Program-made: the position numbers and the translations under genes
Shown here: in pieces, positions 44,627 to 54,249 of the stretch
Numbering within the stretch: position 1 is the stretch's first letter
Layout of the letters: each line of letters begins with the position of its first letter
The notes under the pieces: generated by a model
Database searches by the model: none
Told to the model about the DNA's origin: nothing
What the model saw: only the letters and a program-made list of their open reading frames with translations
Source of the DNA: a virus
Taxonomy: Duplodnaviria > Caudoviricetes
DNA: 64,000 nucleotides
Virus record (IMG/VR): IMGVR_UViG_3300021431_000120
Location: 4,744 to 68,743 of that record
Reading direction: 5' to 3' (one strand)

Positions 44627-44795
44627 TGAAAAAGATTCAGTTGTTGGGCGAGCGTGGCATGTGCCTCGTTTTGCCGGAGCTAAGTTATGGCCCGTCCTTT
44701 GGGCCGTGTCCGAGAGAGCACAGAGAGTTCAAGAGCGAGCAGGAGGCGAGAGAGTACATTAAGGAAAACATTAAAGGTATAGGAGTAGAAATAGT

Positions 44796-45071
44796 ATGAA
44801 AGAAATCAACTACAGCCCAGACCTGTGGGCGAAGGACAGGGACGGCATCATGCGAAATGAGCAGATTGCCTTTGCTTTGGACATGGCCGACAAGAACGGC
44901 ATCCGTCAGCTGAGGGGGGAAGGAAACACGCTGCGCTTCACGACTTACGGAACGAGGAAAATTCAGGGCGGGTACAACTCGACCGAGTACATCTTCCGGC
45001 CCGCGACCTGGGCGGTGCGGAAGTATGATGTGCGAACCAACAGAACGGAAACGAAAACCTATGCGTATTAG
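44796..45071 (+). CDS. Hypothetical early protein
   Basis: 91-aa ORF. Confidence 0.6.
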   Translation: MKEINYSPDLWAKDRDGIMRNEQIAFALDMADKNGIRQLRGEGNTLRFTTYGTRKIQGGYNSTEYIFRPATWAVRKYDVRTNRTETKTYAY

Positions 45072-45246
45072 TTATGAAATGGTTATTCAAGACAATCGTT
45101 GACGGAGTGGTTAACTCTTCTTACGAATTTGATAGCAAGGAGAAAGCCGAGGATTATCAAAAGCGGTATATCGCTGATATGAAGAAAATCGGTTGGTATC
45201 CGTTAAAGGGACTGAAGTTGAAAGTTGAGCAAGCATAAAAAAAAGA

Positions 45247-45945
45247 GTGGTAATTATGAACGCAGCAGAATACATAGCGGTGCTAACAAGCGGCAATCTC
45301 GACAAGGCCGCATCGGTAATGAAGGACATCCTTTCGGACAAGGAGTTTGCCTGGAGCGAGAATTACGGTTGGAAGTCCATTTCTTTCGACAGGGAGTATG
45401 TCCACGACAACTACAACTGGTCGCACGGCATCGAGGGAGTGCACCTCAACTCAGAGGGCAGGGTTTCAATTGACATCTATTGGCAGGGCGACAGGACTGA
45501 CGGGACCGAATGTATGCCTCTGTGGAACGCCATCAGTGGAAACAATAAAATCCCTGGCAAGTGGTATAATGACGGGGAGTGTGAGCGTTATCCCATCACC
45601 GTAGAGCGCAAAGAACTTGTCGCAATGTTCAAGGAGGTGGCACGCCTTCTGTCTGATGAGGAGATCCAAAAACGCAAGGATGGGAAGATGAGGCAAGCGG
45701 TTTCCGATAGGATCTTCCCAGAGTTCTATCGCAGGTTTGAATCCGGCATATTTGGTGGGAACACCAGGGCGCACAACGGTTTCGAGGCAGTGTGTGCGCT
45801 TGTAGATGAAGAATGGCGAAGGCTTAAGGATTTGTCGGAGGACGAACTTTGGGCGGTAGTTGTCAAGGTGCGCAATCAGAACTACAAGTTCAACCACGAA
45901 CTCACTAAGGTGGGCGAGAAATATCAATACAACCTCAATTTCTAA
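45247..45945 (+). CDS. Hypothetical protein
   Basis: 232-aa ORF. Confidence 0.7.
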   Translation: MVIMNAAEYIAVLTSGNLDKAASVMKDILSDKEFAWSENYGWKSISFDREYVHDNYNWSHGIEGVHLNSEGRVSIDIYWQGDRTDGTECMPLWNAISGNNKIPGKWYNDGECERYPITVERKELVAMFKEVARLLSDEEIQKRKDGKMRQAVSDRIFPEFYRRFESGIFGGNTRAHNGFEAVCALVDEEWRRLKDLSEDELWAVVVKVRNQNYKFNHELTKVGEKYQYNLNF

Positions 45946-45950
45946 TAATT

Positions 45951-46421
45951 ATGACAATCTTATGTTTATGGCTGGCCAATGCTGAGATGTTTGACCGTGC
46001 ATGGTTGGAGCAGGCATCCGACTGCGTTATTTTTGAGTGTTTATGGAAGCATCGAGAAGATATAGGGGCAAGGTTTTTCGATATGAATGACCGCTACGGA
46101 TTCCGTGGCGAGCTAAACCAGTATCTCGGATCATCCGATGACTTCGAGACAGACTACAATGACGAACTGTTTGATGGAGGCCATTGGTGTAGGGTGGTTC
46201 ATCTATTACCGAGCGTGGTTAAGGCAATAATTGAAAGGTGCGAGAAGAAAAAGTACACCTTCCGATTCCACCGCCACGAATGGACGGACATCACGGTTGA
46301 GGCCGAGTCCGAGGAGGAGGCCGCAGAACTTGCGAGCGACAAGTACAACGCAGGCGAGTACGAGGATGACCCGGAGGCTTTCGAGAATACCGATATGGAA
46401 AATATAACGGAGGAGGACTAA
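45951..46421 (+). CDS. Hypothetical protein with acidic C-terminal domain
   Basis: 156 aa; C-terminal DITVEAESEEEAAELA pattern. Confidence 0.6.
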   Translation: MTILCLWLANAEMFDRAWLEQASDCVIFECLWKHREDIGARFFDMNDRYGFRGELNQYLGSSDDFETDYNDELFDGGHWCRVVHLLPSVVKAIIERCEKKKYTFRFHRHEWTDITVEAESEEEAAELASDKYNAGEYEDDPEAFENTDMENITEED

Positions 46422-46423
46422 CG

Positions 46424-46765
46424 ATGCAGATTAAATTAGAGAGCGCCGGCTATCGTGGCGCATTCAATACGCAGCCCAAGAACGTGCTGGTTAAGGTCAA
46501 TCGCGACAAACCCGAATACTATCCGTGGGAGAGGGTGCTTGACATCTACTTCCACGTGGAGAAGTACCCGAAGGAGTTGGGCGGAGGTTGGCACATCACG
46601 AGTTGGACAGACAAGTCTGACAAGTATATGGTCGAGAAGTTCGGCACAGAGCATGTGCAGTGCGATGACCTCAAGACTTTCCTCGTAGTATTGGAACAGA
46701 TCGTTCCCGACTGGATAGGCAAGGACTATTCGGGTGGACAAGTCAGAGAATTTCAATTCATTTAA
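46424..46765 (+). CDS. Hypothetical protein
   Basis: 113-aa ORF. Confidence 0.6.
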   Translation: MQIKLESAGYRGAFNTQPKNVLVKVNRDKPEYYPWERVLDIYFHVEKYPKELGGGWHITSWTDKSDKYMVEKFGTEHVQCDDLKTFLVVLEQIVPDWIGKDYSGGQVREFQFI

Positions 46766-46781
46766 TTAAAAACACCACAGT

Positions 46782-47474
46782 ATGAAACAGACATCAATCA
46801 CCAAACTTTCCGAGGTTTACAATAACCTCAACGCACGTTACAACGGAGAATCTTACACTTATGATGACAAATACATGGCGGACCTTATCAAGGAGGTCAT
46901 CCGTGCGGAATCCATCTCCAAGCCGAAAGGCAGCAAGTTTGACATCTATAACTATGTTTATAGAGCAGATAACCTCCGTCCAGTCATGACCGGGGTCTTC
47001 CATGACGAGGGGTGGCGTGTTGCTTCCGACACTCATCTCTTATTCGCGGAGAAGGCGGAATATGCAGAAGAATTCGAGCATACCATTCTCAAGAAGGATG
47101 GCAGTTTCGTAGAGCCGGCTACTTATCCGAAATGGAGGAGTGTTCTCCCGAGAGATGACGAGGATGGCTATAAGCCGTATGAGTTCGACGCACAGAAGTT
47201 CTACGATTGGCTCGAAGAGAAGCGGACACAGTACAAGACGGAGTACGGAAAGGGCACTAAGTTCGCGTATTCATGGAGAGTGTCTGTCGGTCCTGCCTGC
47301 CTCAAAGCAGAACTGTTCGATAAAATCGTAACAGCAATGAAGTACCTAGGGGCAACGCAACTCTATGTCAAAGATGCACGCAGAGCGGTCTATGCCAAGA
47401 CGGACAAAGGCATTATCCTTCTGATGCCTGTCATACAAGACGGGAAGGAGGAGGACATACTGACTTTGGTATAG
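46782..47474 (+). CDS. Protein with a beta-sliding-clamp-like segment
   Basis: RPVMTGVFH...VASDTHLL...YPKWRSVLP parallels the DnaN motifs RP.L.GV...VATDGHRL and YPDY..VIP. Confidence 0.45.
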   Translation: MKQTSITKLSEVYNNLNARYNGESYTYDDKYMADLIKEVIRAESISKPKGSKFDIYNYVYRADNLRPVMTGVFHDEGWRVASDTHLLFAEKAEYAEEFEHTILKKDGSFVEPATYPKWRSVLPRDDEDGYKPYEFDAQKFYDWLEEKRTQYKTEYGKGTKFAYSWRVSVGPACLKAELFDKIVTAMKYLGATQLYVKDARRAVYAKTDKGIILLMPVIQDGKEEDILTLV

Positions 47475-47618
47475 TTTTTGTAAGTACAAAACCTATGAAA
47501 TATTTGATTACGATAGGACTGGCCGTGGCATTGGGGCTCCATTGGAACACTGATATGGGCTGGCTAATAGTAGGAATTGCTACAGTATTTATTATTAACT
47601 TTTTAAAGGACAGAGATT

Positions 47619-47846
47619 ATGAACGCGAAAAGAAGGAAAGAGATTGAAAGGGTAGTGGACAAACTTATGGAATTGCAAGCAGACCTGCAATGGATTCACG
47701 ACGAAGAGCAGGAGGCTTACGACAACACTCCGGAGAGTCTACAGGAGACTGACAGGTATTCCGAGTCTGAGGAGGCTATCAGCACAATGGAGGATGCAGA
47801 TTCCTCCATTCAGGAGGCAATTGATTACCTTAATGACCTCGTATGA
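47619..47846 (+). CDS. Acidic coiled-coil hypothetical protein
   Basis: MNAKRRKEIE...DEEQEAYDNTPESLQ. Confidence 0.65.
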   Translation: MNAKRRKEIERVVDKLMELQADLQWIHDEEQEAYDNTPESLQETDRYSESEEAISTMEDADSSIQEAIDYLNDLV

Positions 47847-47946
47847 CAGCACTGATAGTTTACGAGGGATTCACCCTTTACGAATGGGGGAAAGGTTACA
47901 AGAGCCTTATTGGTGATGAATGGCGGATGTTTGACACCGCAGGTCA

Positions 47947-48210
47947 GTGGAAAAAATACATAGATTTATTGACAAGATGAGAGTATTTAAGAAAAGGACA
48001 ATTGTTCTCGTCAATGAGGAGACGGGAGAGAAACAACATTTTGACAGCATCAACGGAGCGGCAAAGTTCGCGAGGTCAACCTTCGCCCACATCCAGAGGG
48101 CTGCGATCTACAACGGAGTCGCGAATGGATGGCGAGTCTACGAAGGGCCGGAGACAATCCGGGAACATATCGAGGAACTGAAACGGCAACTTGAAATAGT
48201 TGAAAAATGA
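47947..48210 (+). CDS. NUMOD1-like DNA-binding protein
   Basis: HFDSINGAAKF motif. Confidence 0.5.
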   Translation: MEKIHRFIDKMRVFKKRTIVLVNEETGEKQHFDSINGAAKFARSTFAHIQRAAIYNGVANGWRVYEGPETIREHIEELKRQLEIVEK

Positions 48211-48265
48211 GTGCATATTAAAACTGGAAAAACAATTATCAGAACCCTATTATCTTTAATTTATT

Positions 48266-48568
48266 ATGAAAACGAAAGAGAATCTTGTCAGTCTCGGTCT
48301 GACAGAAATTAAAGCCGACGAAGTGATGCTGCTCGAAAGCGAAATGATGAAGAGGGCAGTGAAGTTCAGTTTTACCAAGAAGGATGGCTCGTTGAGAGAG
48401 GCGATCGGAACGCTTTGCAGAGAGAAGATGGTGCAGGAGGATGGCACGCTCTGGGAGCCGAAGGGTGAGGCGAAGCCGGATGTGCCGACGCTGGTGAAGT
48501 TCTGGGACTGCGTGGCGAAAGGATGGAGGTGCTTTACTGTAGGAAGTCTTATAGCAGTGGAGGGATAA
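48266..48568 (+). CDS. SH3-like beta-barrel (WYL_2-like) protein
   Basis: AVKFSFTKKDGSLREAIGTL...FWDCVAKGWRCF. Confidence 0.7.
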   Translation: MKTKENLVSLGLTEIKADEVMLLESEMMKRAVKFSFTKKDGSLREAIGTLCREKMVQEDGTLWEPKGEAKPDVPTLVKFWDCVAKGWRCFTVGSLIAVEG

Positions 48569-48654
48569 GTCATGGCACGCACAATATCAATCACAGATAA
48601 TAGAACGGCATAATTCTTGTTAGGAACATAAAAAAAAAGAGATGTTTATATTAG

Positions 48655-48662
48655 TATATTTG
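48655..48662 (+). promoter_or_regulatory. Internal promoter -7 box
   Basis: TATATTTG upstream of the alpha-CTD-like and recombinase genes. Confidence 0.55.
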
Positions 48663-48696
48663 CTCTGCGGACTCGCATTTATTCCGGAGCTGTTCA

Positions 48697-49107
48697 ATGA
48701 AAAGCGATAATATTATGGCAAAAGCAAAAATCAAAGGCTCTCCTTTCGAGGTTGACGTGCAGCCTCACTTCTCGCAGACAGGGTGTTTCGACGGATTCTC
48801 TGACGGATATCATGTATTCGCTCCCGAATACTTGGACTTCGATATGGGAGGCGATGTCGAAGTTGTCCCCGCTAAAGACCCTGCTGACCCTCGCAATAAG
48901 ATTCTGGTGGATTGCGGTATACCCGTCCGCCTCTATAATGCAGTCAGGTTCTCTAAATTCTTCTTTAATAAAGATGCTGATGAGATTACTCTCGGCGATA
49001 TTGTTTCAATCCCGAAGACGGAATTCATGAAACTCCGCAACTTTGGAGCGAAATCAATGATGGACCTCGAAGATCTTCTCAAAAGAAACGGTCTTAAACT
49101 CTCATGA
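48697..49107 (+). CDS. RNA polymerase alpha-CTD-like domain protein
   Basis: PVRLYNAV...TLGDIV...EFMKLRNFGAKSMMDLEDLLKRNGLKL matches the RNA_pol_A_CTD pattern. Confidence 0.7.
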   Translation: MKSDNIMAKAKIKGSPFEVDVQPHFSQTGCFDGFSDGYHVFAPEYLDFDMGGDVEVVPAKDPADPRNKILVDCGIPVRLYNAVRFSKFFFNKDADEITLGDIVSIPKTEFMKLRNFGAKSMMDLEDLLKRNGLKLS

Positions 49108-49865
49108 CATACGCATATATCCGCTTCAGTACAACATCGCAGGATAAAATCCAGCAAGTCCAGGCCATCAAGGAATGGTCCGAGCCTCGCGGTATCACTA
49201 TAGATGCCGTGGTCGAGGATGAAGGCGTTTCTGGTGGAGTATCCTACAAGGATAGACATCTGCAGGGGCTCGTTGAGAAGATGAAGGAAGGCGACATATT
49301 GGTCGTCTCTGAGATTTCGCGTCTGGGCAGGTCTATGAGTGACTTGAATATGCTAATCAATGCGGAACTCAAACCGAGAAAGGTCCGCTTGGTAGTAATC
49401 AAGATGGGGCTTGATTTGGATTGTGCTCACTTGAAGGCAGTTGACGAGATGATATTCTTCTCGCTGTCTTTTGCCGCCCAGGTTGAAAAGGAGATGATTG
49501 TCCAAAGGACACAATCCGCGATCGACGCGAGAAAAGATGCGATACGCACGCAGGGAGGTTTTATCTCCAAGAAGGGCTTGTGGACTAAAAAACTAGGTCG
49601 GCCTAAAGGAGCGGATACGACACCGGCAGTAACTGCTGCTGCATTATCGCACGCGACAGACGCGGAAAAATGGAGGAAAGCCTCTCCATTATATTCTGCG
49701 GTGAAACGCGAGATTCTGAGAGGGACATCACAAAAAGAAATTCTGCAAATTGCAGGAGAACTTTATGATGAGAATCCTTCTTTATATAGTTCACGGAATG
49801 GGAAAAAATTATCCGCAGCGACTCTTTGCAGATGGGCAAAGGAACTGCGGTTTAAAGCACGCTAA
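49104..49865 (+). CDS. Serine recombinase (resolvase/invertase family)
   Basis: YAYIRFST (catalytic Ser), GVSG, GDILVVSEISRLGRS, and EKEMIVQRT. Confidence 0.9.
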   Translation: MTYAYIRFSTTSQDKIQQVQAIKEWSEPRGITIDAVVEDEGVSGGVSYKDRHLQGLVEKMKEGDILVVSEISRLGRSMSDLNMLINAELKPRKVRLVVIKMGLDLDCAHLKAVDEMIFFSLSFAAQVEKEMIVQRTQSAIDARKDAIRTQGGFISKKGLWTKKLGRPKGADTTPAVTAAALSHATDAEKWRKASPLYSAVKREILRGTSQKEILQIAGELYDENPSLYSSRNGKKLSAATLCRWAKELRFKAR

Positions 49866-49869
49866 GAAT

Positions 49870-50193
49870 ATGACAAAGGAATTGAAACGGAAGCTCTACA
49901 ATGCAGAGCGGAGCAAGATTATCCCGATATGGCAGGGGATTAAGACTGCCTTTAACAAGGCGATACCGATGCGACCAAAGACGTTTTCCGCCGTCTCTGT
50001 CGAGAATGGAGTATGGGAGATAATGGCAGAGGGCACAAGGATTGGCGGGGTCTTCGCTGATAGTAAAGCTGTGGAAATCGCCATGAGAATGATGGCAGGT
50101 AAACTCAGTTGCCATTTGGTCCACGACGAAGTTGAGTTCTTCGCTTCGGAAATCAATGTGGAATGTTTTACAATTATCCTCTTTGAATCATGA
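49870..50193 (+). CDS. Hypothetical protein
   Basis: Likely start is ATG 49870 (MTKELKRKL). Confidence 0.5.
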   Translation: MTKELKRKLYNAERSKIIPIWQGIKTAFNKAIPMRPKTFSAVSVENGVWEIMAEGTRIGGVFADSKAVEIAMRMMAGKLSCHLVHDEVEFFASEINVECFTIILFES

Positions 50194-50529
50194 CCGCCTT
50201 CTGTTTTCGCGAGTCCGGCAAGGTCGGGCGGCTGAAGGTAGAACCCAGGGAAGGGTTCACGAAGGACGCGATTGCCGAGGACATCCTGCGGCATCTGCGG
50301 GCACAGGTAAAGAAAGATCAATTTATAAAAGTGATAGTGATATGAAAACAAGACTCGTGAAGCGACTGACTATAGATGGAGAGACGCAGTTCATCATCCA
50401 GAAGCGAGGTCTTTTCGGTTGGCGGTTCGCCGGGTGGCTACTAAAGGATACCCTTGAAGAAGCCCTTGACGTGTTCAACCAGTACAACCAGGGTGAAGAA
50501 GTGATTGCCATAGGACGGAGGAAGAAAGC

Positions 50530-51051
50530 ATGAAAGAAGCAAAACGCCAACTGGCTGACAAGATAATCGCCCATATCGAGGGCGACACTACCATCCCCTA
50601 TGAGATGGTGCTGCTCCAGCTCCTGCTCTCCATGTCGGAACTGGTGCTCAACCACCTCGACGGACGCATTTCCGAGGCGTATAACGAAGTCTTACGCAAG
50701 GAAGGATATGAGGACTACAAGCACGGCATCGGAACGGATATACGCGATTCTTTCCACAACTACTCCCGCTACTTGCGGCAGGCGAAGGTCGAGTACCAGA
50801 GGGTGCTGTCCGGCTGGGTGGAGAGGACTACCTACGGAGCGGGCATCAAGTCGGGCGACGACTTCCGGCTCCATGCCAACGAACTCGTCCAATGGATGAT
50901 GCGGATTGTGTCGGTGGCTTGGACGGACGAGGAGAAAGTCAAGTGGCACACCATCCTCCAGAACTTGGAGATGGGTTCGCACAGACACGATGAAGTCCCG
51001 TACAAGGGGACGTTCACGGAACAAGATTACGATGATTTCAAATTAAGGTGA
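50530..51051 (+). CDS. Hypothetical protein
   Basis: 173-aa ORF. Confidence 0.65.
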   Translation: MKEAKRQLADKIIAHIEGDTTIPYEMVLLQLLLSMSELVLNHLDGRISEAYNEVLRKEGYEDYKHGIGTDIRDSFHNYSRYLRQAKVEYQRVLSGWVERTTYGAGIKSGDDFRLHANELVQWMMRIVSVAWTDEEKVKWHTILQNLEMGSHRHDEVPYKGTFTEQDYDDFKLR

Positions 51052-51054
51052 GAT

Positions 51055-51369
51055 ATGATACATATTACGAAAGACGACTACCGCAGGATACAGGAGGAGA
51101 TTGACCGCCAGGTGGACTCCGACGGAGGGCCGATAGAGATTGAGGTCATGGTCGGGGACGAAGGGGAATACCTGCTGACAGTGGAAGGCTGGTACACTGC
51201 GGACTACACGGAGACAAGGTTTAGTGACGGGGCATGGGGGAACTGGCAGACCTTCACTGAATGCGATGTCCACTACGAAGTGACCGACCTCACTGCTGAG
51301 TGCTCGGACGAAGACGGGGAATCCGTGGAAACCGACTTTGATGTTAAACAATTACAACTGGAATGGTAA
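51055..51369 (+). CDS. Acidic hypothetical protein
   Basis: 104-aa D/E-rich ORF. Confidence 0.65.
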   Translation: MIHITKDDYRRIQEEIDRQVDSDGGPIEIEVMVGDEGEYLLTVEGWYTADYTETRFSDGAWGNWQTFTECDVHYEVTDLTAECSDEDGESVETDFDVKQLQLEW

Positions 51370-52679
51370 TAATTATGGACTACGAAAAGATGTACAAGGC
51401 CGCGCTCAAAACGGCAACGCAATGGATTAAGGACGGCTGTTCTGACAAGGAGAAGATATGTCTTGAGAGTATCTTCCCCGAACTCCGCGAGAGCGAGGAC
51501 GAGAAGATAAGGAAAGAGTTATTAGATGCCGTTGATAAAGCAAGAGTCTTTGATATTGACAAGGATGTCGCAGATAGATGGACGGCTTGGCTCGAAAAGC
51601 AGAAAGTTCCGAAACACGCACCCGATGATTTACAAAAGTCCTTTGAGGCTGGCCAAACGAGCATCGTTGAAAACCCGGAGCAATACGGGTTATGCAAGAA
51701 AGCAGAGAGCGAGGACGAGAAGATAAGGAAGGAGATAATACACTATATTTTGTATAAGGCAAGCGGAGTGCCAGAGAAACAAGAACATGAATGGGTTTCC
51801 TACCTCGAAAGGCAGAAAGAATGTGTTGCTGATAGTAGCAAAACATCAGCAGAAGAGGACGAAAGTATAAGGAAATTCCTTGTTGATTATTTCACATCAT
51901 ATAAGATTGGCAATGTAGCAACCAAACTAAATGGAGTCAGAATAGATGATATCCTTAACTACCTCGAAAAGCAGAAAGAGCAGAAGCCAGTCGCCGCGGA
52001 AGATATGCCATATGTCACTGATGAGCATTTCTATGAAAGAGAGCCAGTCGATTCGTTCAAATACAAACTTGCGGAGTATATGACGAGGAGCTGCACCAAG
52101 AAAGAAGGGCCATACGGATATGAATATGGCATCAGTGCCGAGACCATCTTGAAAATGGCAGAAGAAGAACTCCTCAAGAGGGGTGTTGTTCAGAAGCCCG
52201 CAGAGTGGAACGAAGATACTTTGGATGAATTTACCGAGAACATTCGCTCGCTTATCACAAGGAAGCTCACCTATCATGACCCAAATGGTTCTGGCATATC
52301 ATCAACAGTATTCATTGACGATGAAACTGCAAAAGATATTGCTAATGGTATTCTGTTCTACGTTGGCAAGGAAGCCGTAAAGAATCCACACAGAGAGATT
52401 CCAGAGTGGAGCGAGGAGGATAAGGAAATGCTTAACTCTTGCATTTCATCCATTGAGGAATCGAAGGAGAACCGATATGCCTACAAAGAGACGGATGGAG
52501 ATACTTCCTATGATAGAGAAGTTGATTGGCTCAAATCCCTCCGCCCCCAGCCTCATTGGAAGCCCAACGAGAATCAGATGTCTATGCTCTTGGCGGTAGT
52601 CAATGACCCGAATAATGCCGGTTCTGAGTCCTGCCACCTTAGTCTTAAGTCACTTTACAACGATCTAAAAAAATTGTAA
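51363..52679 (+). CDS. Mosaic protein with repeated ESEDEKIRKE and W(S/N)EED modules
   Basis: 438 aa, with an exact 26-bp direct repeat at 51489-51514 and 51705-51730. Confidence 0.75.
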   Translation: MVIIMDYEKMYKAALKTATQWIKDGCSDKEKICLESIFPELRESEDEKIRKELLDAVDKARVFDIDKDVADRWTAWLEKQKVPKHAPDDLQKSFEAGQTSIVENPEQYGLCKKAESEDEKIRKEIIHYILYKASGVPEKQEHEWVSYLERQKECVADSSKTSAEEDESIRKFLVDYFTSYKIGNVATKLNGVRIDDILNYLEKQKEQKPVAAEDMPYVTDEHFYEREPVDSFKYKLAEYMTRSCTKKEGPYGYEYGISAETILKMAEEELLKRGVVQKPAEWNEDTLDEFTENIRSLITRKLTYHDPNGSGISSTVFIDDETAKDIANGILFYVGKEAVKNPHREIPEWSEEDKEMLNSCISSIEESKENRYAYKETDGDTSYDREVDWLKSLRPQPHWKPNENQMSMLLAVVNDPNNAGSESCHLSLKSLYNDLKKL

Positions 52680-52768
52680 ACCATAGGGTGCGAACCAACT
52701 GCCATTGGAAAAGCCAGAGGGTTTTTGCATTTTCCCGAAAGCATCGCACCCTTTCTATTGATTTAGAT

Positions 52769-53281
52769 ATGGACAAGATAGAGAAGATACGCCAAGAGAT
52801 TGAAAGGCGAAGGCTTCATTTCAACAAGGAAGCCGAAAAGTATCAAGCCCTTAACAACGGCTACTCGCAGAACTGTTATGGGGCACGTGATGCTTTGAGA
52901 GACCTTGAAAATTTCCTCGACACCCTCTCGGAAGAGCCCGACAAGAGTCTTGACGAAGCGGCGGAGAAATACTCCGATAAATATTGCTCGGATTGGGCAT
53001 ATCGCCTTGAATATGAAGATGCTTTCCAAGCCGGAGCAGAGTGGCAGTACCAAAAAGACCGTGGAGAATTTGCTAAGATTAAAGCAAAGACTTGGTGCGA
53101 AGGATTCGATGCTCACAAACAGCAGATGCTCAATGATGCGGTGGAAGCAGAAGTTCTATATTTTGGAGAAACACAGGATGTATCTCGCACGATTAAAATT
53201 CCACGGATGCAGGAATGGCTCAAACCCTTCAAGGACGGTGATAAAGTTCGCATAGTTATCTTAAAGGAAGAGGAGGAATAA
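52769..53281 (+). CDS. Hypothetical protein
   Basis: Likely start is ATG 52769 (MDKIEKIRQ); contains LDEAAEKY...AFQAGAEWQ. Confidence 0.65.
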   Translation: MDKIEKIRQEIERRRLHFNKEAEKYQALNNGYSQNCYGARDALRDLENFLDTLSEEPDKSLDEAAEKYSDKYCSDWAYRLEYEDAFQAGAEWQYQKDRGEFAKIKAKTWCEGFDAHKQQMLNDAVEAEVLYFGETQDVSRTIKIPRMQEWLKPFKDGDKVRIVILKEEEE

Positions 53282-53283
53282 CT

Positions 53284-53592
53284 ATGCCAAATGTAAAAAC
53301 AATAAATGTTGATGTCGGATATGAGGATGATGGAAAGATCATCTTTGTAGATATTAACAAGGAGGACATCCCGCTTGTAAGGAGGGCTCTCGCATATCTT
53401 TACAAGCAAGAACAAGAGGAAAAGCAAAAAGCCAGAAAACAGTCATCTACTTGTCGTAATTGTCAATTCTCACAACAGAGGGCTAGATACGACAATACCC
53501 TCTGTTGCTCTAAGAGAATAGTAAACAAATACTACAAAAAAGTAGTTCGGTCAACTGAAACTTGTGAATTGTTTGAACGAAAGGAGGAATAA
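53284..53592 (+). CDS. Cys-rich hypothetical protein
   Basis: CRNCQF...CC...TCELF. Confidence 0.6.
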   Translation: MPNVKTINVDVGYEDDGKIIFVDINKEDIPLVRRALAYLYKQEQEEKQKARKQSSTCRNCQFSQQRARYDNTLCCSKRIVNKYYKKVVRSTETCELFERKEE

Positions 53593-53836
53593 AAAAAATA
53601 CAGGTGATAGCCGAAGCCACCACCCTGTACAAGAGACGAAATTACACTTTTTGCACAGGGCAAATATACTAAAAAGATATGGAAAATCAAACAGACGAAG
53701 ATATAATAACAATTCATCTTGGGAGGATAGTTTCGGATGAACTCTATGACCAGATTGTAAAGGACATAGTGAAACTTATGGAAAGGAAATATCCCAGTGA
53801 TGCTAATTGGTATCTTGAAAATTAAGGAGGACTGAT

Positions 53837-54082
53837 ATGAAAGCACCAGATAAGATATACATAAGCCATTTATGTGATACAACTATTGACGGAGAAGAGG
53901 GACATTTAATGGCTATGTCCTTTGAAGACAATGGTGGTGAAAAGTACATCCGCAAGGACGCTCTGTTAGAGTGGTTAGAACAGGAGGTACTTAAACTTGA
54001 TGTCCGTTCAGATAATGATGCTGTTGCTTGGGGACAAAGAAACGCATTTAAGCAAGCTATCGACAAACTAAATTCGATGTAA
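53837..54082 (+). CDS. Hypothetical protein
   Basis: MKAPDKIYI...KYIRKDALLEWLE. Confidence 0.6.
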   Translation: MKAPDKIYISHLCDTTIDGEEGHLMAMSFEDNGGEKYIRKDALLEWLEQEVLKLDVRSDNDAVAWGQRNAFKQAIDKLNSM

Positions 54083-54249
54083 AATAATGACACTTAACGA
54101 ATTAATCAGAAAAGCCCAGGCCCTTTCATTTCAACTATCCTCAGGGGACGTGCCTCTTGTCCTGGAAGATGAAGTCCTTGACGACGTGACTTTTGAATAC
54201 ATCGACACGGAAGAAGGAGGTCCTGCCGTTAAAATATCATTGTGGTAAC

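Noticed and set aside
49104-49865. Serine recombinase as the prophage integrase
   Set aside because: It has only the catalytic domain and a short tail, without the recombinase and zinc-ribbon domains of large serine integrases, and no att site was identifiable.
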